From Glycera tridactyla (taxonomy: Eukaryota), in contig OZ286470.1 in assembly GCA_965644265.1 (NCBI GenBank), positions 78,244,001 through 78,308,000 on the forward strand: a DNA stretch of 64,000 nucleotides, read 5' to 3'. The position numbers were made by a program, and so were the translations under genes. The notes below the pieces were generated by a model. The model had not been told where the DNA came from. It saw nothing but the letters and a program-made list of their open reading frames with translations, and searched no databases. This document shows positions 1 to 13,273 of the stretch, piece after piece; the first letter of the stretch is position 1; each line of letters starts with the position of its first letter.

Positions 1-3000
1 TGAGTACGCATGACAACCCCACCTCGGCATCAGCCTCCCAATCAATGGATGTGTGTGATAACAGCAAATAGGTGTCATGCTCGTGCAGACCAATATCAAC
101 TTGCATGGCAATTAGCTCATGTCATTATATAGAGCATGTTAGACAAATTGCACATGTTGACCGCAACGCAAAACCGCCTACTTATATATGCATATCAACT
201 TGAGAGGTGATGTAGAAATGCAGGGTTTATTGAGGGCGTGGGCTGATGTTCGCGTGCATGGGCTTTCATGGGATGTAGTGGCAGGGTAAAAGCAATGAAA
301 AAGGCTGCTTTGTGTATGTTTATGATGTTATATTTCGACAAGTTGACTACCTGCCTGCATGTGATTTACTGTTGGGCGCTGATTCTAGCATTATCTTGGC
401 CTGTCTGCGTCCCTTGGGACGGATAACTCTCCGGCGTGGTCCATAACCAGTTTATAGCCGGGGTTTTCAGATGCAAACCATAACATCAAATGCACCACGC
501 GTCATACAAATGACATGAATAACAGAAATGGACATAAAATACCTTCACGTAATGCTTGCAATTATCTTTGTTATGAATCTCGCTCAGATGTTTCAGATTA
601 ATTTGATATGAGCAATTGTGCTTTATGACTCAGATACAGGCCTGAGCAATAATGCACCGAGCGAGTAGTCATATCATAACTTTTGGATAAATCACATTAT
701 CTGTATACATTATTTTTGGCTCTCATCCTGGGTCAAAGCCCTGGAGTTGTCCAGCAGGCATTTGGCGGTACAAATGGTAGGTTGAATGTTTGGTAGGTTG
801 ATAGATTTGTATGTATGAGCTGGATGGTCTTTTTCCTTAGTTGTGTGGCCTCTTCTTGTGGGATCGGGCCCACGCAGTTCAAAGAGTTCTATGACGTGGA
901 AAGCGTCTTAGTGAACCGCAAATAGACTGCTGGCTCATTTTGTTCGTACACAAGAGAGAGGGGTGAGTGTTTCCTTGCGATAGCAAGTTTGAAGGTAGTT
1001 TAACGACAGTGCACACAGGTCGCTCGCACAACTTATATATTACTCTTCAACTTCGCATCTACATTTCTTCATGAATCACAAAGGAGCTAAATCTCTATTC
1101 ATTCCTCACTGTAATTGAATGAAACATCAAGATATTCTTAAAGCCGAAATGGAATGGTCATCTCACCTTATCTCAACAGCTGAATTTGAACCAGTCCAAG
1201 CCAGTCATTGGATGGCTAATATTGAATGCCTGCTACTACTTTCGCCATTCTCTGATGTATCATCATATCATAAGTAGCTTTATCGTAGTAATGGCATTTA
1301 TCTTCAGTTGTCTTGGTCAAAGTGAAATACGATAATGACGATAAGATTTCTCATTCGTATCATATCGTATCGCATGGATAGATGGCGCGATGTTCAACGT
1401 CCCCACAATCAAAATTGGATCGTATATGAATGTGAATCTATACGCCACAAAATGTCTCATGGAATGATGCTATTTTGTCTACTAATGAGTTAATCAGCAC
1501 TTGCTGACATGCCATGATGTATAGTTGTATGGGTAATTATGTACAGCAGGGTACAACAAATTGCCACATGTGCCCTTTGCCAGTAATTCCCTACCGTAAG
1601 ATATCTCACCATATCTACATTATATCATATCATGTCATGTCATATCATATCATGTGAAATAATAGTATGTTACCTGTCTGTATCACTACTACACTTCCCG
1701 ATTCAAAAGAGGGAAAAAGTGACGTTGGAGAATGATTAAAATGTAAATGTAGTGATTTAGAGTCTGGTATCCTTAGCAAGTTCACCCGACTTTACAGATA
1801 CATTCCCCAGCAGGTCTGTTCAGGTTTGAGCCTTTCTCATCTCCCAGAGGATTATACAACCACTGACACATAGTTAATTTTATGGGCTAAGCACTCTACA
1901 ATCACCATCACTGCCTTTATGCCAAGTACCCATTTACACCTGGGTGAAATGAAGTGGTGGAGTACAGAGGTTCCACTCAGTTACCTCCACACAGAAGTGC
2001 CTCCTTAGTGAGTGGTGCAGATCATACAGATCTGTGTATTGGTGCATGCCCAGTATGCAATGGTGAACCTTGTCCATGTTGGTCACCCATCCAAAGAGGA
2101 GCCCTGCCCCCTGTTGTAAACAGCGCTGAACCGGGGTGTCCACACCTTACTCGCCACACATGAATTGAATTACGTGAAATTGTCCTGTTAGAATTGATGT
2201 AAGCCAGGTATAGAATTTGGTAATACGACATCCTTGGGATTTGCTGCTTCTGCGACTAATCTAGATGTCATTTGGACTGTTCTTTCGTTTATTCACTTCG
2301 ATTCTGACACGTTATATGAGACCCTTGGTGATATAATATAACGGATGTCTGCAGAATCGACACTGATTTTGGTGAGTTGAGAGTGTGTGCATATATGGCC
2401 ATGGCCACAAGAGAATTCATGGGTGTCTGGGTCTGCATTTCCTACCAAACAGAAGGGGCACAGAGAGATTGCACGCTCCCAATTCACCTCATCAATGTGA
2501 CATTGAAATGAAGACTGATGCATCTCTGTCTGGAATCTCTAGTCTCTGGCGAATGATAAAACCCCACCCTCAACTAAATTTACTACAGAATATATTTTCT
2601 TTATAGTTACCTCCTAACCCAACACACGTTTACACTGCAGCTATAATCTTCACCGGATTTGCTACGGAATATATACATATTCCAAGCAGCCATCTTCCCA
2701 TCCATATCACTACCAAACTCAGTACTTGAGTCATTAAACAGAGAAGCTATTTTCCACCATTTGCTGTTAATCTACATTTCGAAAATTATTGTAATGCAGT
2801 GATGTAAACCAGGTCTGGTACTCGGGGAAATAGAGCCCTTGGGATTCTGCCACTATCTGTGACAACTTGGCAGCCTGCTTGAATCATTCCCAATCAGTTG
2901 ATTCGATCTATCAGTGTATACGTGACAGCTGGTGCGATAATGTGATTGCTGATCGTAAAGTGGGGGTTATGGCAGTGGGAGGATGCTGAGAAGGATGCGG

Positions 3001-3201
3001 GAGATGAAGATGGAGTACTACAATCTCCCCAGACACGAACATGTGCTGCCTGACCCCAATCGGTGTCACCTCATGCCCAATTAGTGGATGATGACAATTT
3101 ATGAAGTTCGCAGTATCTTGTTTAGTCACCCCAGTACGAAATGCCTCGTCTGATGGTCAGCATTAACTCTTTGAGCCGATGTATGTGAAAGAAAAAACAT
3201 G

Positions 3202-3412
3202 ATTGAATGAATAAATATATAGATAGATGATAAAAATAAATAAATGAATAAATAAATGAATAAGTAAATAAATGAAAAATAAAAAAATGAATGAATAAAT
3301 ATCTGAATGAATAGATAAATGAATAAATAACTGAATAAATAAATGAATGAATAAATATATAAATAAATGAATAAATGAATAGAAATAAATAAATGAATAA
3401 ATAGATAAATAA
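3202..3412. repeat. Degenerate (AAAT/GAAT)n microsatellite
   Basis: Directly visible. Confidence 0.9.
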
Positions 3413-4162
3413 GTGTATATGTGTGCGTATGTGTGTTTGTGTGTGACTGCATATATGGATGTACAGAAGTTCGAGTATTCACACGTGTATTAGTGTCTGA
3501 GCGTGTCAATGAGCATACCTGATATCTCCTAGGCATGTATGGATCAGAATCTAACATGTCAGCCCTGGCACCACGAGAATCTAGCGTGCATGGTTGCGTG
3601 TGTTTGTAGGTACCTACACTTGTAACCATACAATCTCTTCAGAAGTCTGTGGACATATAACTCACCAGATTGATGATCTTCACCAAGGCTCACTGGAGGC
3701 CATGATACTGAATGTGTTGTCTCACCATCGAAAGTATACTGGACAACATCAAGAGATCAGGGCCCCGATTCCTCTCAATAATCGGAATGCTCTTTGTGTC
3801 AAAGCAGGAACGGATGAAGTTATGCCCATTATACTAGTTTGCCAATTTCAGACAGATATCACACGTGTTTGTTCCATGATACGTACATGATATAATCCCA
3901 TTACCTTTAGAAGCTGTAGAACCTCTTGTACCACTGCTTTCCCTTAGAGCTAAGGAGACTTTTACTTATCCTTACGCCAGTATAAAAGAAAGAAAGCCTT
4001 TACTTGCCCGAAAAACGACTGTCAGAAAATCTCTACAGCCTCTTGGACTGATAGTCGAGTATGATTATAAGATAAAAGATATTTACGTCGAATGAGGTAG
4101 AAGGGAAATCCTGATATTTCTATGTATTGGTGGTGATATGGGGAACAAAGAAAAGTCTTTAC

Positions 4163-4330
4163 CTGTAGAAATTATGATTGCAAATAGTTACAGTGGGGAA
4201 GATGATACTTTTATTAAAGATGACTTCGACATCAACTGAGCGAGGATGGCGGAGTAGCCGCGAGAGGCGCTCTCCTATCAGCCAGGTGAAGAGAGAGGTG
4301 AAGGTGACGACGATACACAGCCAGATTAAT
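4163..4330 (-). CDS. DEG/ENaC channel exon 'B2': TM1 and start of the extracellular domain (FPTVTICNHN)
   Basis: Acceptor ...ttggcacacag|A and donor TAC AG|gtaaag define a 168-bp phase-2/phase-2 exon. It reads (R)LIWLCIVVTFTSLFTWLIGERLSRLLRHPRSVDVEVIFNKSIIFPTVTICNHNFY(R). A hydrophobic TM1 followed by FPxVTxCNxN is the DEG/ENaC signature. Confidence 0.92.
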
Positions 4331-4799
4331 CTGTGTGCCAAAAATAGATAGGCAAGCGCCTCCTGATACTAACCCATCATAGGCTACTAGCCAAACTCCA
4401 CAATCCAGGAAACCATATAAGTGACGGGGGGGGGGGGGAATTGCTCACCAACTTGTTGGCCAGTCAAGGGGGTCCCGTTATGAACTGAGATGACTGACAT
4501 ATGCATGGTGTTAAGAGTAACCAATATACACGTCAGATATTAAGTGACCAAGTTTGGTACTCTAAGCGAGTATCTTCAGCAATTAACGCCAATCACAGGA
4601 GGCAGCTTGGGATTTGAGTGATCTAGACACTTGCACCTTTATATTTAAGAAGAAAGAACACGGTGAGGTGTCTGAAAGAGCACGTCGAGGTGTCTGAGAA
4701 TTTGAGAAGTTCTTGGATAGTACCATTTCTATTTCAGAAGATCATTCACTGCATGCAGCTAATTGCGGTCATCCTCGAGTGTTACCCAAGACTGCGGGC

Positions 4800-5030
4800 A
4801 GTCAGCAGGTGATTCGAATTATTGCATTCATTGAGATCTCTTGAGTTAATGAATACCAAGCAGCATAGGCATAGTTGAAGAGTCAAGAGGGTAGTCAATT
4901 GGCAAGGCAGGCAATCCATAACAGTTTGACCACTTACAATGTCTGCCCTCAAACAAATCACCACTATAGGCGTTGCCCATTCAGTTTGACCGGGACCACT
5001 CATTGACCAGCCAAAGAGTCTATCGTGAAC
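4800..5030 (-). mobile_element. Highly decayed LINE RT C-terminal relic in the B1-B2 intron
   Basis: LFNYAYAAWYSLTQ resembles the HFDYACxxWYxxL pattern of L2-group LINEs, and SMSG lies upstream. Multiple stops. Confidence 0.3.
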
Positions 5031-8000
5031 TGAACGCAGAATCGAAGGGACACCATGAGCTGTGATTCCTGTTAGCGCGGCAGTTGGGAAAGCTCCTGCG
5101 CAGCGCAAATGGTCGGAGAAGATTCTCGCCACAGACGATCCATCAGTTCCTCATCAGCACCAGCACCAGCACCTACATTGACATCGTCGTCTCGAGCAGC
5201 TGCAGATGTGCCATCTTGCGTCCATGCGCGCGATAGAAGGTGTGATTGCCAGAAGAAATAGCATGCCTAGGTAAAATGCATAATCCCTGTCTCACACCTG
5301 ATGAACTACATCCCAATTCGAAGCTGTTCAACCTTTCCATCTTCCCAGGATAACATTTGTCCTCAGCTGACTATCAATTAATTGTTGTCGACTTGATCAA
5401 TATTCCATTCCACTTTTCAATCGATGATAATTTGAATCCGAACAAGACAGGACTGAAATTAAATTCTATTTAATTCAGACTAGAGGAAGCGTGGAAAGTT
5501 TGAGTGCTCACGGTATAGACCAGATGGCTATGGACAATCCTCGCCGTATCCTCCAAACAAACGTCGAGGACATCAAATGAGACAGGACAGAATTAAATGA
5601 ACAAGAGAGCAGACATCACTGCGATCAGACAGAAGAGCGAAACGCCAGAGATGAAGCATAATGAATCAAAAGAACTCATATAACTGAGTAACAAAGTATC
5701 TAGCAACTTGATGATTTGGGTAGGCATGCCATTAATGATTTAGTTCTATTTGATCAAAGAGTATTAGTATGTATTTCAGGATGAATACAAATTATGGCTG
5801 ATGAGACTGGATCATTGGAATATCACATCAAATGCTGTCATATTCTGCTCAAAATGTAGCAAATGCACGATAATGGCGAGCTACATTGGTACTATGAGGC
5901 ATTGAATGTCACTATTGTTATTGAAAGTTATCCCATCATAAGATTAAGTGAGAGGAATATTTGATATCATCATTCACTAACTGAAAATTCAACCTCGAGC
6001 CAATTCCTACCCAAACTGTGTTATTCATCACCAAACTATGTGAACAAGCGAAGGCTATCATGACATCATGTCCAAGAGGATGAATACAAGCCTTGGTAGG
6101 ATGGTGAAACAAGAAGCTGGGATTATTCATGGAATACATTTCAGTTTAATGTATGGCAGAGTGATCTCGCAATTTCACATCGAAGTTTGAACTTGTTAGA
6201 CGAATGTACGAAATGGACTGAGTTGCATAGTGTGAACATTTATGGTTTACGTGCTAGCCTGATTGCTGAGGGTCGAATCGATCCACTCAACTACGAAATT
6301 GCGGTCTGCCTCAGGGGGGACACTTTCCTCCTACATTTTTGTGAGGAGCCATGATTAGCTTCCGATTGACCCCAGACATGTCCAAAGCTGCATACACAAA
6401 CTTGCACTGAGTGTATGCGAGTCCCTGAAGTCATTTACCCCAACTTCAGAAGAGCAGAAAGACATTCTTCCAGTATCATGTCATCGTAATCAAATTCTAT
6501 CCCAACTGGAATGATTGATTAGGCTTTGACACTTTTTTGATTGATGTTGGACATCATTACTCACAAACATACTAGTGCAACATTGGGATCAACTTGGACA
6601 AATTAGCCTGTCAATTTATTCATAATCTCTACAGCTCATATTGCTTTTTCTTCGAAGTCAGTTTCACATCTTTCCCCTGGTTCAACCAGGTTTATCATGG
6701 CAACACTATGAGTGGAAGGATTTGTAGCTCAGATACCTCACGGTTCAAACTCATGATGGACTATAGTCTACCAGGATGGCGTGACTATTGGAACAAAATC
6801 ATCGATATATGGTCTTCAACAGCCTCCAGGTCATTATTTTTGCTTTCATGAAAATAGAAGCAACTGTCATCACTGCTTTCTATTCTCGAAGTAACTATAC
6901 TAAGTGACCTTTATCGCAGTGACTGTGCTTGAGCTTCAGATGAGAAACCGTTTCCTTTGGCAGTAAGATGCGCGTGCTGGATATTGTAATCAGAAAAAAA
7001 TGAGGATAATTTGCGCAATCTGCTCTAGGAAATAGACACCACATGAAAAAGAAAGGCAAGAGCAATCATGGTAGCACCTTGATGAAGAAGACACAAGCTC
7101 CGTCGGGTAGATGAAATATGTCACATACCTTATGTTCTGATGTCTCCGAATCGGTATTCAATATTGTTGAGAATATAAAGTGGTGGGCCGGGTATGGGGA
7201 AGGGGAAGTATATATTGTACATCTCTAACAATCTTGTTATTACATGAACGTGACCCAGATTGCCCAAATGGATGCTCATAAATCTGATCAGCCGGAATAT
7301 AGAGACCATGAATATGACATCACTTTTGGATCTGCATGAAGACTGCAATTAGAAATCTCCTTCATGCAGCCATCATCTCATCTCCCTGAAAGTCCGAAGA
7401 TTGGAGATGAATGACCCAATAACTCATTCTCATGGCAGAAAAATCCCCATTCGATGGAAATCCATTAGTTTCACTAGTATCGTAGTATCAAAGACCTGAT
7501 AACCATCGTAACTGGCATATTATGATTCTGTCCATCTACATAATCAACTACAGTCAATTCCATTTGTTTCGTGATCCCCTTTTTTCGCTTTTTCATTCAA
7601 CATACAAGCCGAACGACTTATTTGATGCTGAAATACGCGTATTTGATTGTTGTTGCAGGAGCTGGGTATGAGTCACAGATGAATTGTCAAGAAATGATTT
7701 CATAAGGAGACCCACATGAAATACTATCAGGTTTTGCCCACCACCATGACATGGCCTTCAACGTAGATACTACCAATAGGTACATGACTGCCGATTTTGA
7801 CTTTGGGCAGCTATAGTCATCGCTACATCATCGATGTGACCAGTTCCGAGAACTAACCAAACATATGGATCCATATCCATAACACCTATTGTTGATAGGT
7901 GTATCTATGGATTGATCTGAGCAACATTTTCATTGAAACCTATATCAGATGTTCACTCCTCAGCCAACATGACCTTTGGAAATTTAGGATCACAAAAAAC

Positions 8001-8726
8001 CCAGATTAGGCTGTTAATCCGTGCCTTATTAACACATTCATCATAGCAAATTCAGAATGACTATGAGGATGGAATACTTCTACATGAATGCATGTCTGCA
8101 GGTATGGGATACTATCATGCAAATGTTTGTATTAAAAGCAAGAAAAGATTATTCTGCTTGTAGAAAATCGTAAAAGGGTTACGTGAATACATAACAGGCC
8201 TAAACTTGGGATGTTGAGGAATGGCCATGGAGAAAGAGATCAAAGGTTCACTACTGAATGTATGATTACTGTGTCCGACACTCGAATAGATCATGTCGAT
8301 AAAAACTCACAAATTGATAAACTCCATTTGGAGGGTTGACTATTCTCCGTATTGCCAAATTCATTGTCCAGGGGACGCTCATGACCGTTTGAAAAGAAGA
8401 AATCGACTTTTGGTTTGGACTTTACCATCAATGCACTAATCATGATATTTAGTGCATGATCACAAGTTCACATTTGCTCAATAAGCATATCTATAGTAGG
8501 GATCTTCACAAGACCAGATACCCATATTACTGCAGTGATCCTGTAACACGGAGCAAAATTGAAAGGAAAATATTATGTATAAAAAAGTATCTGACCGGAT
8601 AGAATCGATGAAATGACGAACTCCTGGGCTTCAGCGGCGATTAGTGGAGCGTGTATTGAAGCAGTAAAAAGTGGAAAGCGTGAGCCAAAAAGGAAAGACG
8701 ACGAAAGAAAGAGTAGAAATAATTAC

Positions 8727-8894
8727 CTGAAAAAGTTCTGGTTGCACATGGTAACTGTCGGGAAGGTGATGGTTTGGTTGAATATGACCTCTACATCTAC
8801 AGATCTAGGGTGCCGCAGCAGGAGGGTGAGGCGCTGGATGACAAACCAGCTAAATATGCCCGTGAAGCCCAGCACTATCACTAACCAGATTATC
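8727..8894 (-). CDS. DEG/ENaC channel exon 'B1': paralogous TM1 exon (FPTVTMCNQN)
   Basis: Acceptor ...gaatccag|G and donor TTC AG|gtaatt define a 168-bp phase-2/phase-2 exon. It reads (R)IIWLVIVLGFTGIFSWFVIQRLTLLLRHPRSVDVEVIFNQTITFPTVTMCNQNFF(R), 38/57 aa identical to B2 by manual alignment. Confidence 0.92.
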
Positions 8895-11484
8895 CTGGAT
8901 TCGGGTGGATTGATTTGTGTGCGAGCGAGCGAGGAGGGCAGAACACGGGAGGAGGCCACAGCGGCGGGGCATTAAAAAGGAAACAGAGAAAAACACACAC
9001 ATATGTAGAGAATACTTAGCAGCCGTGGTGAAGCAGACAGTAACACGCACACACAAGATATAGAACCACCTAGGTGTACTGTCTCCTAATTTGTCACATC
9101 TTTTCCCAAGTTAGTCTGGCCCAAATTGGTCACTCTTATTAACCCCAAGACCAGGTGGACAAAATGCCATAGGTGTGTCATTTATAGATAAAGGCAGGTT
9201 TGCAGGTATATCTCATTTGCTGGTAGACCCAAAGAGATCATACTAAGCCTCTACCTCAGCCTCAGCCTCCGGAAACCGATATGAAAACCACCTGGTGGCT
9301 AGCTTAGATGATGGCTTATGGCGAGTATCAACTCAAAGGAGTATGTATGCCAGGTGTTCCTGGTAATTCAACCTGAATCTTTAATTTTTTGTACTGTGGT
9401 GTTTCATATTTCATATTAATGCCAGGAGAGATTTGTGCTGTGAAGCACCATTTTACAAATGATCATGATGGTTATACAACTGATATATATAGAGTAATTA
9501 GGTATAGGACAGTACAACTAGGTTTATATCACAACACAGCCACACTTCAGGCTTCGCGCGCCTCGCACTGTAAGCCACGAAAAGGCGGCCCCAGACCGTA
9601 CAATTATCATCAATTCTTGACGTTTTCACACTCTCATGCCCATTCCTGATCTCCAGATCATCCAAAAAATCAACATATATCCCAAAAGGGGACGTATCAA
9701 GTATGTCTATATGCAGCATGGTATTTCTTAGAGTAGTCCAGAAATCAAGACACATTTCGGAATGATGAAAACATTTGAAAATTGACTACTCAATCTCATC
9801 AAATACATTTCATTTGTATTTTCTTTTCAAATTTGTGAAGTGACCTTTTGAATGAATCGAAATATATCGGATGTAGTGAACTCTTCAAAATCATATATAA
9901 TGCTTGAGTGTCCCAGACGTTGGTCGGCTTCAATTTTATTTCATGTATGAGAATGCATATATGTGGGTGAGATCAGAGGGAGCATGAGGTTTTTTGTGAT
10001 AGGTCTGAGCTGAGCTGAAGCCATGGGAAGCCAGGCAGGAAATTGCCGCTGCGTGGCGCGATCATATTTTCGTTCATAGAATCACAGGCTCAACAAATTA
10101 TCAATGTCCTGTCCAGGATAATTCACATCATAATCAGAATAATGATACATCATAACTAGCCAATATACGCCTTAACACCATAGCATGTACACCAAGATAA
10201 CCAACATGTGGTGCCCCATTAATACGGCCCTCTTGACACATATATTGCTATCGATTATATTACCTATATTGCTAAAAGTTTTATCACCATCACCCATATT
10301 GGATAATCCATTAATGCAAGATAAAGAGGAATGTGATATCTTTACCAGAATATTCTTCTCTGGAACTATAATTTGAATACATTGGATGTGCCCATCAATC
10401 CAACCTGTGATATCTTTAGTGCGTCGGTATGGTGTTCTGTTGTATATTGGCAAGTCCATACAATGATTCAAACATACATGGTCATATTCACATGGAGACA
10501 AAAATAGCAGCTTCTGGATCCCCTGTCATTTCTACACATGGCTGCTTGTCAAAATGGGTCCATTCTTACACACTTTGATACATTTGTATACGTCTGTCTC
10601 CATGTGTTTTAATGTGTATCCCCACCCTCGAGTCATTCACCAATATAACGTAAAACATAAATGAAGAAAAATCGAAATCGCAGATCACCATCATATTGTA
10701 GTAATAACATCGATTCACCAGAATTGTACACAATCAATCACATAATGGACCAATCCAATTATAATAACATATTCAATCGAATAGTAGGATGTGTGCAAAT
10801 CAATCATGCTTCAACAATGGTCCGAAGGTTTCCTTTGGTCTGACCTCATCAGGATAATTTAGGTGGTAAATCCTGAATATATTTGCTCAAGTGAAATGAG
10901 ATAATGCTGATGCTATGCGCTGCTGGATGGGTCTGTCAATGTTGGGAAAAGAGCTAATGTGTGTGGGATGATAGATCTGTAGCCGAGGATATGTGCAGCT
11001 ACATGGTCTGAGCAGGATAGATGCGATTATGCCAATTTTACTCTCAATCAATGAAAAGATCTAGCTGAAGTAGCAGCTTAATGCCAACGAATATTATTTC
11101 CAACCTTCTGGAGATATCAAGGTCAAGAATATGGTATACCCATCATGTGTACCCAGGTAATATTGGAAAATCTTTCTTCATTTTATCTGTGTATGTAACT
11201 GAGTTTAAGTTTGAACATTTCATTATGCTCTCGAACAGATGGTCACAACGCGATCTCTTTCCATATGATGATTACCGCTTCCATAACACCACTGGCAGGA
11301 AATTCAAACAATAATGGTTTTTACTCAGAATATATTGTTTCTCATGCAAGTTATGAGAATCCAGGCAATAGTGGGAATACCAAGAATGTTATGATTGTTG
11401 TCTGCCTGTACTATGTATCTTTCATATTTAGTTCTCAATATATCTTCGTGTCTACCACTATGTTGACAGAATGATGTGGGGATA

Positions 11485-11500
11485 GAGCAAAGAGAGATAG

Positions 11501-11580
<80 letters not shown>

Positions 11581-11645
11581 ATAGAGAGGGGGAGGGAGGG
11601 ACAGAGACAGAGACAGAGGGAGAGAGAGAAAGAGAGAGAGAGAAA
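11485..11645. repeat. (GATA)n-(GA)n microsatellite with a G run
   Basis: Directly visible. Confidence 0.95.
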
Positions 11646-11885
11646 TCAGCTGGAACAAAAATGAAAAAGCGAAAGGAGAGGAAGGATGAACAGCTTCCGC
11701 GATTTTGAAAAGTTCAAATCTCATAAAGATGGTATCTGGATCATCTAAATGTCGGCTACTTCGCCCAAATAAACAAACTTTTACACCAAGTGATGGTTTG
11801 CTCACATTCAAAATTAATATCTTTAAAACTTTCGTTTGACTTCCACATTCTGACGAATCACCCATTTTTATTTCTTCTAATTTTC

Positions 11886-12020
11886 ATATGATGTATGTTT
11901 CCCTAATACCAGAACAGTAATAGAGTCATGGGTCAGCTATTGCTCCTTGGAAGTATATGATGTATGTTTTAAGAATACCAGAATAGTTCTAGGGTCAGAG
12001 ATCAGCTGACAATGCTTCGA
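11886..12020. repeat. Degenerate 69-bp tandem duplication
   Basis: ATATGATGTATGTTT...AATACCAGAA.AGT..TAG.GTCA recurs at 11886 and 11955. Confidence 0.6.
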
Positions 12021-13273
12021 AGCATTGTTTGAGTTTCTACTGAATCAAGCGGGAAAAATCCGCGCGTCAACAAGAACAGCGAGAGAGACGCCATGGGTCA
12101 AGGCCATCAGGCAATGGGTGAAAATACCACTGCTTGCACAGGCCTGGCTCTACTGCCATATTATGAAGTTTGATTGATTGATGCTGATCTGTAGATGACA
12201 TGGAGCCATACATCGTAGAGGTATTTGCCTGTCGTCCTGGCATCACCTTCTGACCCTGGGCCGCATAGAACCATCATTCCTGAATTCACTCCCTATCAAC
12301 TATCACACCAAAGCCTCAAAAGGATCGGAGTATGGCATACAAAAATACACATTCCACACAGCCAGTCTGGAGTGAACACGCCTGCAGTCCGATAGTAAGC
12401 GTTCCAAAGCTTGTTTTTTGTGAAAGCCTGTCAGAGCAAGGTACAATCAATCTCCATGATCTTTATAGTCACCATCTTTGGCAGAATTTTCTTTCGGAAA
12501 TGTTTCTGAATTGCAGGATTTTCCGGGTTCATGCTCATGGTAGTCACGTTTGAAGACATGATAATGTATCACTGTGAATACACTCACTCTTATCATGACA
12601 TTGGTCATATTACTACCGATTGTGATGTAATATATAATAGCTAAATACTATGAGAGAAATTGAATGATTAGTGTGCTTGGCAAATGCAACATTCGTGACG
12701 TCATCATTCGATCCATTGAACAATGGATGCAATTAATGCAACTATCAAATACTTTCAGACTGATGTGAGAATTCGGTTGATTCACAGGTCTGTTTTTCAC
12801 GATCTCACTAAGATAATACGGCTTACAAAGAGTGGGATCGACATGGGTATAATCCGATTTCCACGGAACAGTTTGCTATTATTGCTCAGAATAGGTGATA
12901 AGCAGAATTGATTCCAAGAGGTTGAATTCAGTTCGATAGGAATTGTTCACGCGACCATACGAAGGTCTCGACACTGTACTCATCCGGGGTGAACCGTCCA
13001 GCAGTTTCTATGCATCCCGTCACAGAAACATAGTGAAAGTCCACGTTGTCGAACAGATCTCAATGCCACAAGGACTCTACAATTTCGAGCATATTTGATG
13101 AGTATTGGGGCTCGATCACATTAGATATACTTATGGAGATAATCGAAGAGAAGGATTGCTTTAAATTGTGGGAACTTGTTTGAAATTTCACAAGCGACCG
13201 CGTGTTGTTTCATGAAGTTTTTATACAGTGCATATTCTGGGATGTGGGTTCTTAACTGATCTCATGAACAATT

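Noticed and set aside
1-4162. Next DEG/ENaC exon downstream of B2
   Set aside because: Every phase-2 acceptor candidate I tested hit a stop codon or lacked ENaC motifs. The gene most likely continues left of the window.
5040-5063. TAHGVPSI, an HG-like motif on the minus strand between B1 and B2 (a possible private first exon for B2)
   Set aside because: It lacks the upstream Phe and a compatible phase-2 donor, is unlike the true exon A (TTFHGVRYI), and adjoins a decayed LINE relic. RNA data should still exclude it, because it is the main alternative to the mutually exclusive model.
6300-6350. Plus-strand GLPQGD RT-like motif
   Set aside because: An isolated short match with no neighbouring RT motifs that I could confirm.
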